64,000 nt of DNA. Source: Oikopleura dioica. Taxonomy: Eukaryota > Animalia > Chordata. A program made the position numbers and the translations under genes. Below are positions 1 to 12,712 of this stretch, in pieces. The notes beneath the pieces were generated by a model. It saw only the letters and a program-made list of their open reading frames with translations, was not told where the DNA came from and ran no database searches. Position 1 is the stretch's first letter. Every line of letters begins with the position of its first letter. The stretch lies in the NCBI GenBank assembly GCA_907165135.1, contig OU015569.1, positions 1,302,001 to 1,366,000 of the forward strand, read 5' to 3'.

Positions 1-162
1 AAAAAATATACATGGAGAAGAAGAAGTTGTTGAAGCTCCTATTGCGAGTATCGTTGGTTTTATGAGGTGGAATATAGAGTTTCTCGAATAAATACAAAAT
101 ATCTTTGATTCTCCTGATTATTGATGAGTTTATTATACAATGAAGAGTGTTGAGAATTTAGC

Positions 163-2038
163 CTAAAATGTAAGCAGCCAGTTGACGCGATCTAATCCAT
201 ATCCGAGATAGTCCATGTCTTTTCGGTAATACTCCAGGATGTTGTTTAGCACATTTTCATCTGCATCCTTGTAGAAAGCGCCTACAGCAGCAGGATTGCT
301 TGCAAATGATCCATCAGCTTCGTTTCGATGTTCTACAATCCGTTAGCTCATTTTATCCCTTTTCTTTCAAACCTAGCGAGTCGTCTTCTTTCCCAATCAG
401 ACTAAGAATTCCTTGCGAGTCTTCTTCACTAGTTTCAGCTTTGATGATGTAGTCGTACTGACGCAAGCACAATCCGCACTTGGAGTAGATTGGGACGAAA
501 TGAGTGTTGATCAGTTTTGGGTACCGCCTAAATTGAGTGTGATTCCAATGAATTCAGAAGACAAAACAGTATCTTAGACGCCGGGGTGGCACGCGAACGA
601 AGTGGTATCATCGGAAAATATAAATAATCAACACAACCCTTTCATTGCTAATTCAAAACTCACTTGGTAGCAGTGCCCATGAATTTGAGAAAGTCAGGCC
701 AGGAGATCACATGGCTGGAGTCTGCTCCATCTTTGGCGAAGTACTTCAGCTTCATGGAGGAGAAGACCGTCATCGCCATCGGGCCACCCTTCCGTAAATT
801 TCTGAATATGAAAATTAGACAGAGAATTTCTCATTAAGAAATTAGCTGAAATTAAGCGGCTTAATTCATTAGCATAAGAGCAGCTACTCAGCACGTGGTG
901 CTTATAAAATCTTTCATAAGAGTCTAAAACGACACATCTTCGTTTAGATATAATTATTTGTGCCTAACGAAGATCGTATAGAAAAAAGGATGAAGGAAAA
1001 AGTCCTTGCACAAACCTGTTCCAGCCCGAGTAAAGCCGCGCCAAAGGATGCCTAACAGTAACAAAGCGAATCCAGCTAGGATCGTTCATCGCTTCACTCC
1101 AGACCTTGTCGGCGATGGTCGCTGCGAATTTGAAGTTCTTGGCGTACGCTTCAGAAGGAACAAACGCATTATCCGGCTCGCGCAATTCCCAAAAGACCTT
1201 GTGCCATGAGCTCGAGCCCGACTTCTCGACCAAGCAGCCGAGCAGTTTGCGTGAAGGATCAGCCATCACGTGGGAGATTTGGTTCGTCGGCCAGTAGTTG
1301 AATTTAGTACAGTCGCCGACAGAGCGGAATTGTTGGTCCCCTGAATTGATCTATTTATGAATCCAATCAAAAAATTACCACAAAAATGAAGCCATTATCA
1401 ATTGTAAAAAGATTTATTATTAACAATTCATCAAAAAAAGTTATTCATGTGATAACACAGTGATAAAAATTTTGATACAAGAATTAAAGGGAGCCTAATG
1501 AAGTGTAACACCAAAAAAAGGGAAAGGATAAAGTTTCATTTTAAAACTTCATAACATAATACAGTTGTATGAAAAATGTGGAAAACCAACGACATTTATC
1601 TTGAAATCTCGCCGAAAGAGGGCGCAACATTTCTAGCCGAGAAACTCAGCGGGAGTTTTAAAATCGACGGATCTGCGATAGCGATCACTAAGCCATAAAA
1701 ATGTGTAACTAACCCTGTTTATCGCAAGAAAGCAGCAGATGTCCCCTTCTTGCTTCCATCTTCTGCTCCAACTTGGGAAACTTTCCGAGCGAGAGCTTCC
1801 TTCTCTCCGGCTTCTCTAAATGGCATTTCTCCGCCTGGCTTATTTCCGAAGTGACTCCATTTTTGCTGGTGAGTTTGAACGTCTTCTCCAGAGCTTCTTT
1901 GATTTCAAATCTGAGTTTTCCTGGCGGCGACAGAACTCTCGGCTCCAAGTTCTCTACGTAAACCGTGTGCACGAAAACTCCGAGAATAATGAAAAACGCT
2001 GGGTTGATGAAAAAGCTCAGATTGCTCTCGAACGGCAT
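163..2038 (-). CDS. Golgi carbohydrate sulfotransferase (Sulfotransfer_2 / CHST-like), multi-exon
   Basis: 5'-PSB motif CLVEKSGSSSWHKVF, 3'-PB motif FVTVRHPLARLYSGW, then HFVPIYSKCGLCLRQYDYIIKAETSEED and C-terminal YYRKDMDYLGY; stop at 163-165. The TM/stem exon at 1709-2038 is probably the N-terminus, but linking it to the catalytic exons needs a non-canonical donor, so the 5' end is uncertain. Confidence 0.8.
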
Positions 2039-2570
2039 TTCGGTCTTTTTGTCATCCTTTTTTCAGTTTTCAATATTTTCTTTTTTTTTTGGAACTGGCC
2101 GAGCAGAAATGGCCCTTGGCGCTCTGGTGGAGACCAACCACCAGTGACGAATCTCCGTTTTTGACCACTTTCCATTGCGGTTTCAGAGAAAAGGCTTCAA
2201 TTAACGAAAGAATTAAAAGATATGTTAATTTTTCATAATTAAAATTCTCAAATTTCCAATCTCTAGAATCGAATGAATCATTCAAATTCTAGGGGTTGAA
2301 AAAACTAGTCGCTGTGCGCTTCAGAGTTAAATTTAAACATTTTCTTAAAATAAATATAGCATGAGTAAAGTTCTGAAAAATATCCCCTTGGAAATTATTT
2401 TCCATTTTTGACTCATTGAATCAAAAAATGCTCTGAGCGCGCCCACGCAAAGTGAATTTAAAAAGACTTTCTGGATTTTAGAGAAGTTTTGTTTCGCCCT
2501 GTTTGAATTTTACTTTATTCAAGAGATAATTGTCCATCTGTATTTATTTATTTATTTCAGAAGTTGTCCA

Positions 2571-5500
2571 ATGGAGGTCGAAGCTCCTCATGAACAATCT
2601 TCAATTCAGAGTCACGATTCTCAGGAAAAGGTCTTTCTTCACTCAATTTTTATAAAAGAAAGAACCCAGCTTGACCTTGAAAAAGATCCCGCCAGTAGGA
2701 GATCCAACCGATCCCTTCTCAATCGCAGTTGAAGCATTTGCCTCGATCAAGAATGAATTGGAAGAGTTGATCGACGAAAACGGCTCAGTTGGTTCACTAA
2801 AGCGACATTTTCAAAGTGCGGAGAATCCAACTACTCTTTCTAACCCCGATTTCGCCAATAGAATGAAGAAGATCAAGAATGAACTTGCTCCCCTTCTCGA
2901 AAGGTAAAGTCAAAACGAAGAATTTAGGCTTGAAAAAGAAAATTTTTTCAAACTTTACTTATTCTTCTTCAGATTTGAATCCGTCAACAACGCCGAAATG
3001 GCTGCTCGAGGCAGGGATGTTCGACTTCAAAACAAAGGCACGATGATGCTTCGGACAAAAATCTGCGAGCTTTTGGCGAAGATCTTCAAGGAGCTCCAAA
3101 TCATCGAGAAAACCGAAGTGCCACAGTTGTCCGCGATGTTCGCTGATGAAGTCGATTTTCTTTTCACGACGACAATTTTGATCTCTGCGCATGCGACGAA
3201 TTCGAAGCATGGAACTGCCGTTAGAAAACAACTCGTAAGTCTTATTTTCGGTTCGGACTTACAGTAGACGCGTTACAGTCATATTTCCGCAGCAGTCTTC
3301 CCGAAAAACTCATATTTTGCAATTCAGAGTCATTACGAAAACATGGTGATTTGGGCGTATTCTTACAAGATCGAAACCACCGAAGATTGGTTGCAAAAGC
3401 CGCTGGGCCAGTTCCTCAGCTTGATTGACTCTTCCCACAGTCCCCGAAACCAAGCAAGCCTGTTCGGCCTTTTGCTGTCCATCCCGGCCGAGTCGTACCA
3501 AAAAGCTCTTGTGGAAATGCTGGCTCATTTTTACGAAACAGACGAGATCAATCCAGACGCAATGGCAGCATCTTTTATTCGAGCGCTGAAACTGGCACTG
3601 ATGCAGGGTGAGATTGCGGGCGAAGAAAAAGCAAGAAAGATGGAGCGACATGTTCAGGCGTTGTTGAAAGAAGTTCTGAAGACGCCGAGACCGTGGTTTC
3701 TGAAAAACATCCTTCCGATGATCAAAAAGATTGGAAAGAGCGCCCACGGCGACAAGGAACTCCAAACATCGCTTTACAACGTCTACTACTTCATGCGAAA
3801 CAATGGCGCTTCCGTAGCGAACAAAATAATGTCCCACCAGGCGGAAACGATCATGCTCCTTCTGACACCTAATCTTCCATCTGGACTGGAGCGGGAAAAC
3901 TTCGATGCTGAATTCTTTGGCCAGTTCCGATTGATGCTGAACTCGATGGTCGTCGCTGACTTCGAAATGCGCATTGCGGCGATCGAAAAGTTTAAAGTCT
4001 GGACGAGCAGCTATTGGGACTCGCTGGTCGAGTATCAGTTGGAAAACGTCGTTGAGGGCTTTCAAACGCTCGCGAAGATCATGCTGCACTTCGAGAGCTG
4101 CGCGAAGACGGCCGAGGCGGCCATAAATACGCTCACTGACATCATCAAGGAAAATCAAAGCGCGCACTCGCTGATCTACGACATTTTCGCCGGTGACGAA
4201 AGCTTCAAAAAGCGGACAGAAAATGCGATTAATGTGAGCCGGGTCATCACCGCAAAAAACGTCAAAGTCCGACTTGCGTTTGTCCGGCTTTTGAGAACCT
4301 GCAACAAAACGCTGTTTGTGAAATGGAACCACATTTGTCAGCCGACGCGGCTTTATAGAAGACTACTAGAGGAAAACGATTCGCAAGTAAAGGTCGAAAT
4401 CGCCATGCTGGCCAGGCACATATTTTTTAAAGCCAAGGACGCGAGTGACAAAGCGGGCGTAATTGAGACGATCAAGACGTTGACGAAGTTGCACGAGGAG
4501 TCGAGTGAATTATGCATGGTGCTTCTTCCAGAGGTGCTTGATGGCTGGGAAGCAATGGGCTTCACTGTGAAGTTGTTGCTAACGATTCTGCGCAAGTTGG
4601 CGCACTTGGTGAAACACGAGATCGGTGAACGAAAGAAGCTAGAAGACGAAGGAAATGCAGATGGATCTAATGCGTCGATGGGAGTACTGCCAGCTAGTTT
4701 GATGATTGGCGCGGCGATCTTCCGCTCTCACTACATGGCGACAGTTCAAAAAACGTATTACGAATATATGAAGAAAAAAGAAGGAGGCGAAGAGATACCG
4801 AAAGAAGCTGAGGAGAACATGAAGTTGGTTGAAGAAGTTGACATCCTTTGGAAGGGAATTACGGAGAAATCGTTCAGTTTGAATCACGACTCGAGGGAGA
4901 TGAAACTTGCTATTGTTTTCCTCGCCGGAGTCTGGAAACATGACGACATTGAGACAATATCGGTGCCGCTGCGAGGAGCGATCAAAAGAGGAATTGTTAA
5001 CCCATCCGTGATCGTTCAGGCGTTTGTGAAGTGGAACAGGCTGGCAGATGTCTGGTGCGAAATCAATCTATGGTTCCACAAGCAGAAAGAACCGAAAGAG
5101 CCGGAACGCAGAGGCGTTCGTTTCGCAACAGAGAATGAGCAAGAGGAAGTTCTCACTCTCACGCACGTGATCCAATACATTCGAGCGATGTCCGAGTACA
5201 AGAGCACCTTCGGGCATAAAGAAGCCGCCGAGACCTTCGATCAAATAAGCGACTTTATGGAAAAGTTCTTCTCTGAGATTAGATCTTCGGAAAAACTTTC
5301 GAGCGTGTACGAAGAAGCAGCTGCTGGCCAATTTGAGTATCTGGCGAGGCTGCGATTTCAGCTGAATCTAGCGAAAGGACGGGCGGAGAACAAGTTCATC
5401 TCCAAGCAAGTCGACTTTTCTGAATATCATGATATCCTAGGTGCACTTAAACTGATAGAACTCTTTATGAAAGCCATTTTTAGTTTCTGAAAAGCACCGT

Positions 5501-6286
5501 TACGGGAACGAGAAGAAACTGCAGGCGATTTTCATAGGCGACATGATGAGCATCACAAACGCCTTGCGAGAAACATTGGACGTCATCAAGCCAGGCTGGG
5601 CGATCGAGGAGCAAATGCGCAACATCCTCACTGAGAACAAAGACCTCGTGCGAGCACATCTCTTCGCGATTCGGCAATTTGTCGAATCCCTAATCCGCCA
5701 CAAGCTAGTCAAGGAGAAGGAAAACGGCGACTTCTTTACTTTGGCAGAGATCGTTGTCTTTGTCTTCAAAACATTGGGAGGCGAGAGAGGTTTCAGTAAA
5801 TCTGAGATGGCCACGATCCAGGGACACTTTGATTTCCTCAGCCGGGTGACCCAGAAGAACTTGAGACATACCTTCGATGTCGCCTTTATGGATTTTTTGA
5901 AGGACTCCCACTTTCTGCTGAAGCCATTTAGGTTTGACCAGTTTATTTTCTAACTCAAAACGGGGCTTTTCAGGGATCGTTTCTGCAACGCGGACTTTGG
6001 CCACATAGAGCGCGTCTGGAATGAGTGGAGCGCCAAAGAAAGCGACGCGAATGTAATCGAAATGATTCGTGAAGAGCTCTACTCTAGAATGAAGTTCAAA
6101 CGAGCAGACTGTCCAGCGCCTGGAACGCACCCGCTTTTCCCTCTCCAAAACCGTCCAGAAAGGTAAAAGCCACTTTTTCATCGTAAAAGAACTCATCTTT
6201 CTAGCTCCCTTTCCAACATAAGCGACGGATTCGACAACGACGAGCCCCTACTTCGACGGGGCTCGAACGAGACCCAATCTTTTTGA
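2571..6286 (+). CDS. NCAPG2: Condensin II HEAT-repeat subunit CAP-G2-like, highly diverged
   Basis: ORF 3343-5490 plus flanking exons joined by canonical short introns. Blocks LYNVY..AN, FDAEFFGQF..MRIAAI..TSSYWD and KVRLAFVRLL..KWNHIC..RL parallel, in order, vertebrate CAP-G2 blocks LYRLY..RN, MDSEIQKQF..VRSTGI..TSKYWE and KVRVAFVDML..KFWKIC..RL (from recall of the family; not searched). Confidence 0.75.
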
Positions 6287-6419
6287 AAGGCAAAGCGATT
6301 GGAGATTCTCCCCAACAAATGCATTTTGTATTTTCACGATTTTTAAGTTCACTGCCTTACTCTCACCATTCCTCACTTATCACAATAAAAAATTTAAAAT
6401 AACCAATTCAAAACACAAT

Positions 6420-7130
6420 TTTTGATAGCGTTTTTATTTACAGCAAGTGTTTGCAATTTACAATCTGGAAATAGGCTCATTTCAAGTCATTTCTCAGGCA
6501 GCAGATTCAAAGTCTGCACTTCCAAAGCAGTCATCGTCAGTTTCACTTTCGCACTCGCAGCTTCCGTACTCGAGGTCTTCTTCCCAAACGAGTTTCTTTT
6601 TGTCCTCCGACTGGGGCTTTCGTTTACGGCAGAATTCGCAGACCCAATACAGTGTCAAGCAGCAAAGGAGGAAAACGACTCCCATCACTGGTAAAATCAT
6701 CCAGTCGTAGCAACTCTCAGAAATCAGGATTGAGCATTCGTTGGTGCTTTCGCTCTTCAAGTAGCCGGGAACGACGCTTTCAAAAACCGACTCCATCTTT
6801 TTGTGAAAAAGAAAGTTTTTCGATCTCTTGTTTTAGAATTTCTTCTAGTGATTTTGTCGATTTTCATCTTCCTTTTATATATTGTCAGTTTATAGCTTTT
6901 CCACTAGGTCGCGCGGGGCCGCGGCGACAACAAGCGAGAGTAAAGTCACTCATTTGTTTGAGCGCAAATTAAAAATTCTCCGCTGTGTCAGTCCTATGAA
7001 TCCTATCGCAAAGGTCTCCTAGCATCGACGTTCCTTAATCTTTTCCTGCCTTCAGTTTCCAGAGAAATGCTATTTCCAAATTCAATATCGTTCATTGATC
7101 TCTTTGGTTAAATAAATTGACGATGTAGGA
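6420..7130. repeat. Segmental duplication, direct copy of about 10335-10975
   Basis: Long shared blocks, e.g. gcagtcatcgtcagtttcactttcgcactcgcagcttccgtactcgaggtcttcttccc and ttccactaggtcgcg...gtttgagcgcaaattaaaaattctcc, covering the ORF, upstream and downstream sequence. Confidence 0.9.
6494..6796 (-). CDS. Small Cys-rich single-pass membrane protein, copy 1
   Basis: 100-aa ORF with a hydrophobic segment (MILPVMGVVFLLCCLTLYWVC), basic stop-transfer RKRK and an acidic tail; paralog at 10413-10700 keeps the same frame. Confidence 0.55.
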   Translation of the reverse strand: MESVFESVVPGYLKSESTNECSILISESCYDWMILPVMGVVFLLCCLTLYWVCEFCRKRKPQSEDKKKLVWEEDLEYGSCECESETDDDCFGSADFESAA

Positions 7131-7143
7131 ACATTGTATCCAC

Positions 7144-7532
7144 CAGAGTTGGTAAAAAAGTATACTTCCCCTCGCCCTTCAAAAATCTGCAGGGCGCCCT
7201 TCATTCTTGAAGGGCGGTGAAGTGTACTTCACGCGCCCTTCAAAGCCCTGAAGTATACTTCAGCTATCGGTTCATCTGCCACAATCAGCGTGATTTAAAT
7301 CATGGCGCCTGAGAGCCAATAAGCGCAAAATTTGAAAAAATTCTGGCGGATGGATTCTGATGGCCGACAGAACCAAGTTGAAGCAGAGTGAAGGGCGGAA
7401 GGGCGGTTGAAGTAGAGGGAAGGGCGGAAGTACACTTCACGCCCTTCAACGCCCTGCAACGCCCTGAAGTATACTTCATGAAGTATACTTCATTCTGAAG
7501 GGCGAGTGAAGTATACTTTTTTACCAACTCTG
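7144..7532. mobile_element. hAT-like MITE (389 bp)
   Basis: TIR CAGAGTTGGTAAAAAAGTATACTTC at both ends; perfect 8-bp TSD GTATCCAC (7136-7143, 7533-7540); internal repeats GAAGGGCG/CGCCCTTC and GAAGTATACTTC. Confidence 0.92.
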
Positions 7533-7661
7533 GTATCCACCCTAATACAGTTTTCCAGCAAAAGAAAGCGATGAAAGTTGTGGCAAGATGTTGTTGTTGA
7601 GTTTGGGTCATGTGAGGTTCTCTCCAGAATCTCTAGAATGTTGTTGAGGATCTCTCGACGG

Positions 7662-7876
7662 ATGCGCGTTTTTGGTTTTTTGCTCATTCCACTCTGGGAA
7701 TTCTCAGAGTCCGGATCGCCGCACTTTTCAGGTAAATTTAACGTATATTAGAATTCGATTCTAAGAATGAATTTTTAGATACTGGAGAGTGGAACCATGT
7801 CCTTCAAAAGGATTCAAAATCTACAACTGCCGAGGCAGTTGTTCAAGAATATGTTCTTCCTCTCCTAAAAAGGTGA
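7662..7876 (+). CDS. Putative two-exon 55-aa microprotein with hydrophobic N-terminus
   Basis: Exons 7662-7731 and 7779-7876 joined in frame by a 47-nt GT-AG intron; MRVFGFLLIPLWEFSES...LLKR-stop; AATAAA cassette at 7905. Confidence 0.35.
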
Positions 7877-8327
7877 TTTTCTGTATTTAGGCTTCCGAAA
7901 GAAGCCTGAATAAAATCAATTTTCCTGAAAAGGAGACTGTAAACAACAATTAACACCTGAATAATCAATTTCTTGTGCTCAAAAACTGTCGGTGCAAAAG
8001 TAAATACTTTCTTTTGCACCTCTTATCTGTCTTGTTCTTTTGCATGCTATTTTGGTCGAAAAAGTAGTCGTTTGTGTAGTTTAGGACTCCTCTAAGGAGA
8101 ATGGTTCAGTTTGCAGGGGGCTATTTTCGAAAATAAACAGTTGGGTTCTAGAGCCATTTTGGAACTTAGGAAGCTATCTTCCCAGAGTGGATTTGGCCTA
8201 ATTATGAGCCTGGCATTAATGTCTTTTGTAATAAAGTGACAAATTGCGACTCATTATTTGGCTATTTTCCTTGCTGATCACATGCAGTACATCTCTCTGA
8301 ATTTCGAAGGATAGTGTATTTATTTTT

Positions 8328-10077
8328 TCACTCAAGATGGGTAAGCTCCATCTCTGGTCCGACAGTACGAATCATGAATTTGCAGGGCTCTTCGCTAGCT
8401 TCTGGAGTTGCGGTCGTGCCAATGATGATGTAGCGCTTGGAAGCTTCGAACGAGAACAGATAACCATTGTGGCGGTAGTAGTCGATTACGTATCCTTCTT
8501 GTTTCGGAAGAACCGGATCGATCTTATTCAATTCAATCTTTCTATTTTTCAAAAATTCTCAACCTTTTTCAATGCTCTTATATCGCGTCTGGAGAGTTTC
8601 TCGTCTTCTGGAGTATCTTCATCTGCTTCATAAACGTTGAACATCACGTATCTAAACAGTCAAAACACTGTGTCTTGTACTGATAATCAACCTGCTCTCC
8701 TTGAGCTTGCAATCAAGGAGGAATTGAATCCAGACAAAGCGCGTTGGTTTCCCAAATAGCGGATCGACCTTGAGTTGAGCTTGAGCATGCATCGCTGGAT
8801 CGTTGAATGACGACTGTAGCTCGTTGACATCAACTGGGCAGCTTTCGCCAGGGACAAATGTTCCAATTACACGTCGATCACGTGCTTTGGCTTCATCTTC
8901 TGAGACGACGTCTTCGTCATCTGGGTCAAATCGTGGGAGCATGCCTTAATTTAAATGACGATTTTTCTCAACAAAATAAGACTCACAAATGGTGAACATT
9001 TCAAACTCGTTAATCCAGTCTTCAAAGCTCATGTAGAATCCTCCATCATCGCTCGCTTCAAAGCCGATGCGTTCTTTTTCTTCGTCACTGACGTCATCCC
9101 AGTTTGGGCAGTGATCGGACCATTCTCCTTCCCATTCGGTTTGTGCCCAAGGATTTCGGATTTTCACAAGCTTCACGAATTCGCCGTCCGTTTTCGCAAC
9201 TTCGTCGATTCGGAGCAAACTATCAAAATATTATTTTTAAATTCAGTGGTTTTTCGAACCTGTAAGCATGTCCATGAACCAGTCCCTTGGTAATAACGTC
9301 GTTGCCTCCGTCTCCCAGATTCGAAGTGCAAACAAGTGCCCGATTTTGAATATGATAGAAAACTTTGAACAATGAGATTCCCCTTTTCGCAGCGTTTTCA
9401 GCTGCTTGCTCTGCATTGCCCTTTGTCAAGTTCTTCATTTCTACAGTAATTCCTCCAGAGAGTTCTTGCAACGCCCAGCAAGTGTTTCCACCTTGAATCT
9501 TTTCATAAGAGCCTGAAAATTTGGCGTACGCTTTTTCCACCAGTGGAACCCACCATTCTCCTGTGTCAGAAGAACGAGCTCGTTTTCGAGTTGGAAGATC
9601 ATCGTCAATGACGACGTCGATCCACTCTCCGAGGCGGAAGAATTTGAACTTGTAGATTCCAGTCTGTCTTGCTTCATCAGAGTTGTTGAATTCTGGCTGA
9701 AGAACTCGCTTTACTGCGTTTTCTTTGACTTTTAGGGAAGCCTCCTCGGGAAGCTCTTGTGCCAGACTGGAGAGAGCAGAAAGAAACCAGCAATCGCCAA
9801 GGCCTCCTTGAGCGATATCGCAAGCTTGATGTCCGTCTCCGATGAAAGAGAAATCATCTGTCTGCTCAGCTATGCGAGCGTGGTTATCCCCTGCGTTATC
9901 TTCGTCAGCAATGTCAAAGTCTTCATCTGTGTATTGCTCGCCAGCTTCAACAACCTCGTCAATTTTGGCTTGGATCTCGTCGTGATCTTGCAGCTCATGA
10001 TTCAAATCGTAATTCCCCGTCTAAAAATACGCTGCTCCCGCTTCATAAAAGCATTTTAATACCTGCAAATCGGCCAT
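8328..10077 (-). CDS. Calpain-family cysteine protease (CysPc + C2-like domain III, no EF-hand domain visible)
   Basis: QGGLGDCWFLSAL (catalytic Cys), WVPLVEKAYAK, GHAY (His), KIRNPWAQTEWEGEWSD (Asn), DDGGFYMSFEDW; canonical introns; ATG at 10077. Confidence 0.93.
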
Positions 10078-10412
10078 GCTTCTCTCGATATAATTTTTTC
10101 GATGCAAAAAAAATGAGAAGCTACGCTTGTAATGCACTTAGTAATTAAATATTTGATCAATTAGATTTACAGAATACGCAGATCTCTCATAAACCCGTCC
10201 ATGGCTTTTATGATCAAGGGAATTCATAAGACCTAAATGCCAATTTTCTTGAAATCATTAAATCAAGTCGTCTCAGTTACTGCTTACTGTAAGCACTCAA
10301 TGATGATAACATGTGTAAATTAAAACTGTAGCAGTAAGTGGTTTGTTTATTTACAGTAAGAGGAATTCACAATGAAATGGCTCATTGCAAGTCATTTTTT
10401 TAAGCAGTAGGT

Positions 10413-10700
10413 TTAGTTTGCACTTTCAAAGCAGTCATCGTCAGTTTCACTTTCGCACTCGCAGCTTCCGTACTCGAGGTCTTCTTCCCAGACGAGTTTC
10501 TTTTTGTCCTCCGATTGGGGTTTTCTTTTACGGCAGAATTCGCATGCCAAGTAAACGGCCAAACAGCAAAGAAGGAAAACGATCCCCATCACTGGTAAAA
10601 TCAGCCAGTCGTAGCAACTCTCAGAAACGAGAATTGAGCATTCGTTGGTGCTTTCGCTCTTCAAGTAGCCGGGAAAGACATTTTCAAAAACGGAATTCAT
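10413..10700 (-). CDS. Small Cys-rich single-pass membrane protein, copy 2
   Basis: 95-aa ORF nearly identical in protein sequence to 6494-6796. Confidence 0.55.
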   Translation of the reverse strand: MNSVFENVFPGYLKSESTNECSILVSESCYDWLILPVMGIVFLLCCLAVYLACEFCRKRKPQSEDKKKLVWEEDLEYGSCECESETDDDCFESAN

Positions 10701-11044
10701 CTTTTTTAAAGGAAGATCCTTTTCCTCTTTCTTGTAGTTTTATTTCTAGTGACTTTGTGGTTTTCATCGCTCGTTTTTATATTCTCAGTTTATTGCATTT
10801 CCACTAGGTCGCGAGGGGCTTGTTTGAGCGCAAATTAAAAATTCTCCAGTGTGTCAGGACTCCTATGATTCCTTTCGCAAATACTTCCTGATCTTCTCCT
10901 GCCTGCTTGACCATTTTGCAAAGAAACGATGTTTCCAAATTCAACATGTTTTATTGACCTCTTCGGTCTAACAGTGAGCAGTAATGTAACAATGAGGTAG
11001 GAATTTTGAATGTACAGTGGTTATTACAGACCCAGTGGAATTTC

Positions 11045-12674
11045 TTAAGTTACAACTGGGTCGACTTCGCTTGGGTGTCGTTCAACGCCTGTTCCAAAGG
11101 CGTTTCCTGTCATTGATGTGGTGTCGTAGTTCCAGGCAAAAGAGTACTCCCAGTCGGCTATGAAATGATAATTATTTGTGAAAGAATGGAATGAGACTTA
11201 CCTTCAGTTCGTGGCTGCCAGTCGTAGTTGCAGTTGTGCTCAGTGTTGCAGCACTGAGTGCATAAACTTGTCTCTTTCAAGCCGTTTTTGAAGTCGACGG
11301 GGGTTCGGATGCCGAGGAAGTCGGAATAGTCGGCGTCGACGAAGAGTCCAGTTTGAGCATTGGTCGAGGTGAAACTGGTTCCAGTTCCAGTGGCAGAGGC
11401 GCCTCCATAGATGATGTTAGTGATCCAGCCGAGATTGGTGCTAGGCCATTCGTAGAGCGCAACATCGTATGGTCGTCGACCAACTTTGTCGATCATAGCA
11501 GTGTTATCTCCTGGCCAGCATTGTCGTCCAGCTTTAACGAGGAAATTCTGGTACTTTTGCATGTAGCAAGCCTGAATGAGGTTAGAGACCTTTTGAGATA
11601 GATTTATTTACCTGAGCTTGTTTGCATCCAGCTCGCACTTGCGTCACGTAGCCCCAAGTGCGTCTTTCTTCGATAAAGCAAGTGCCAGAAGAATATTCGC
11701 ATGATTTCTGATTGAGACTGTTGCTGCAGGTGGCGTAAAGGTTTTCGCCAGTTTTGTCAGCTTTGGTCGGATCAGAGGGATCGACAAGTTTGAATGTTCC
11801 GCTGTCTTTGTCCCAGACCATTTCGCGTTGAACATCACAAACGTGACATTTGAGCTTTGCCGGATCGTGAATCTCGGATGTGGCGTTGTTCTTGCTGCTG
11901 TCGATGCCTTCGTGCCATCTGTAGCTTGAGTAGTAGTTAGCGTCTGCGGTGCCTGGAATGGTGCCTGTTCCGGTTCCTGCTTCATCAAAATTTGTGTCGA
12001 AGTTTGTTGCTGTTGCGTCTGCGATACTTGCAAACTGGCCAGTTCCGCCTCCAAGTTCCCATGATGAATCAAAGTTGCTTCCTACCCACGAGTTGCCAGC
12101 AGCTGAGAAGCTAGTCCCGTGATCAACTCCCCACGAGTCCGCGACAACGCTTTGACCAGCATCAACATTCCAGGGTGAGTCTTTCCATGCTGATGACCAC
12201 GTGGATCCTTTGCTTAGTCCGATTTTTCCGCCTTCCCCGTCAGTTGGCGAAAGATTGCTGTTTACTTTTCCTGAACTGTCGGTTTGTGCTTGTTGAACTT
12301 GGCCCCACTGGCGATTCATTGTTTCCCAATACTGGTTGAGCTTGTCCGAGTGGTCTCCAGATCGAGCATAGAGCATTTTGTCATTCGAGTAAAGAAGTTC
12401 AGCGAATGATTGGAGAGACGGCATGTAATCGTAATCGCTCCCCCAGCTCTCTGCACGATCTGCATCGTGCTCAACGTCGAAAGAGTCGAGCATTTGAGCG
12501 GATAAAGCAGCAAAATATTCCATTGTCGATGCGGTCGTCTCTACTGTTGTTGTTGGCTCTTGTGTTGTTGGGGCTTCTGTTGTTGTTTTGCGCGTAACTC
12601 TAGGTTTTCTTGTGGTTCTTTTCGTTGTTGTTGTCGTTGTCGTCGTTGAAGTTGTGGTAGTCGTTGTACTCGTT

Positions 12675-12712
<38 letters not shown>

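Noticed and set aside
3310-4332. 340-aa minus-strand ORF
   Set aside because: Antisense shadow of the CAP-G2 exon, with no recognisable motifs.
7144-7532. CRISPR-like look of iterated short repeats here and at 18402-18600 and 49080-49945
   Set aside because: No regular repeat-spacer period and no cas genes; eukaryotic context; explained as transposon subterminal repeats.
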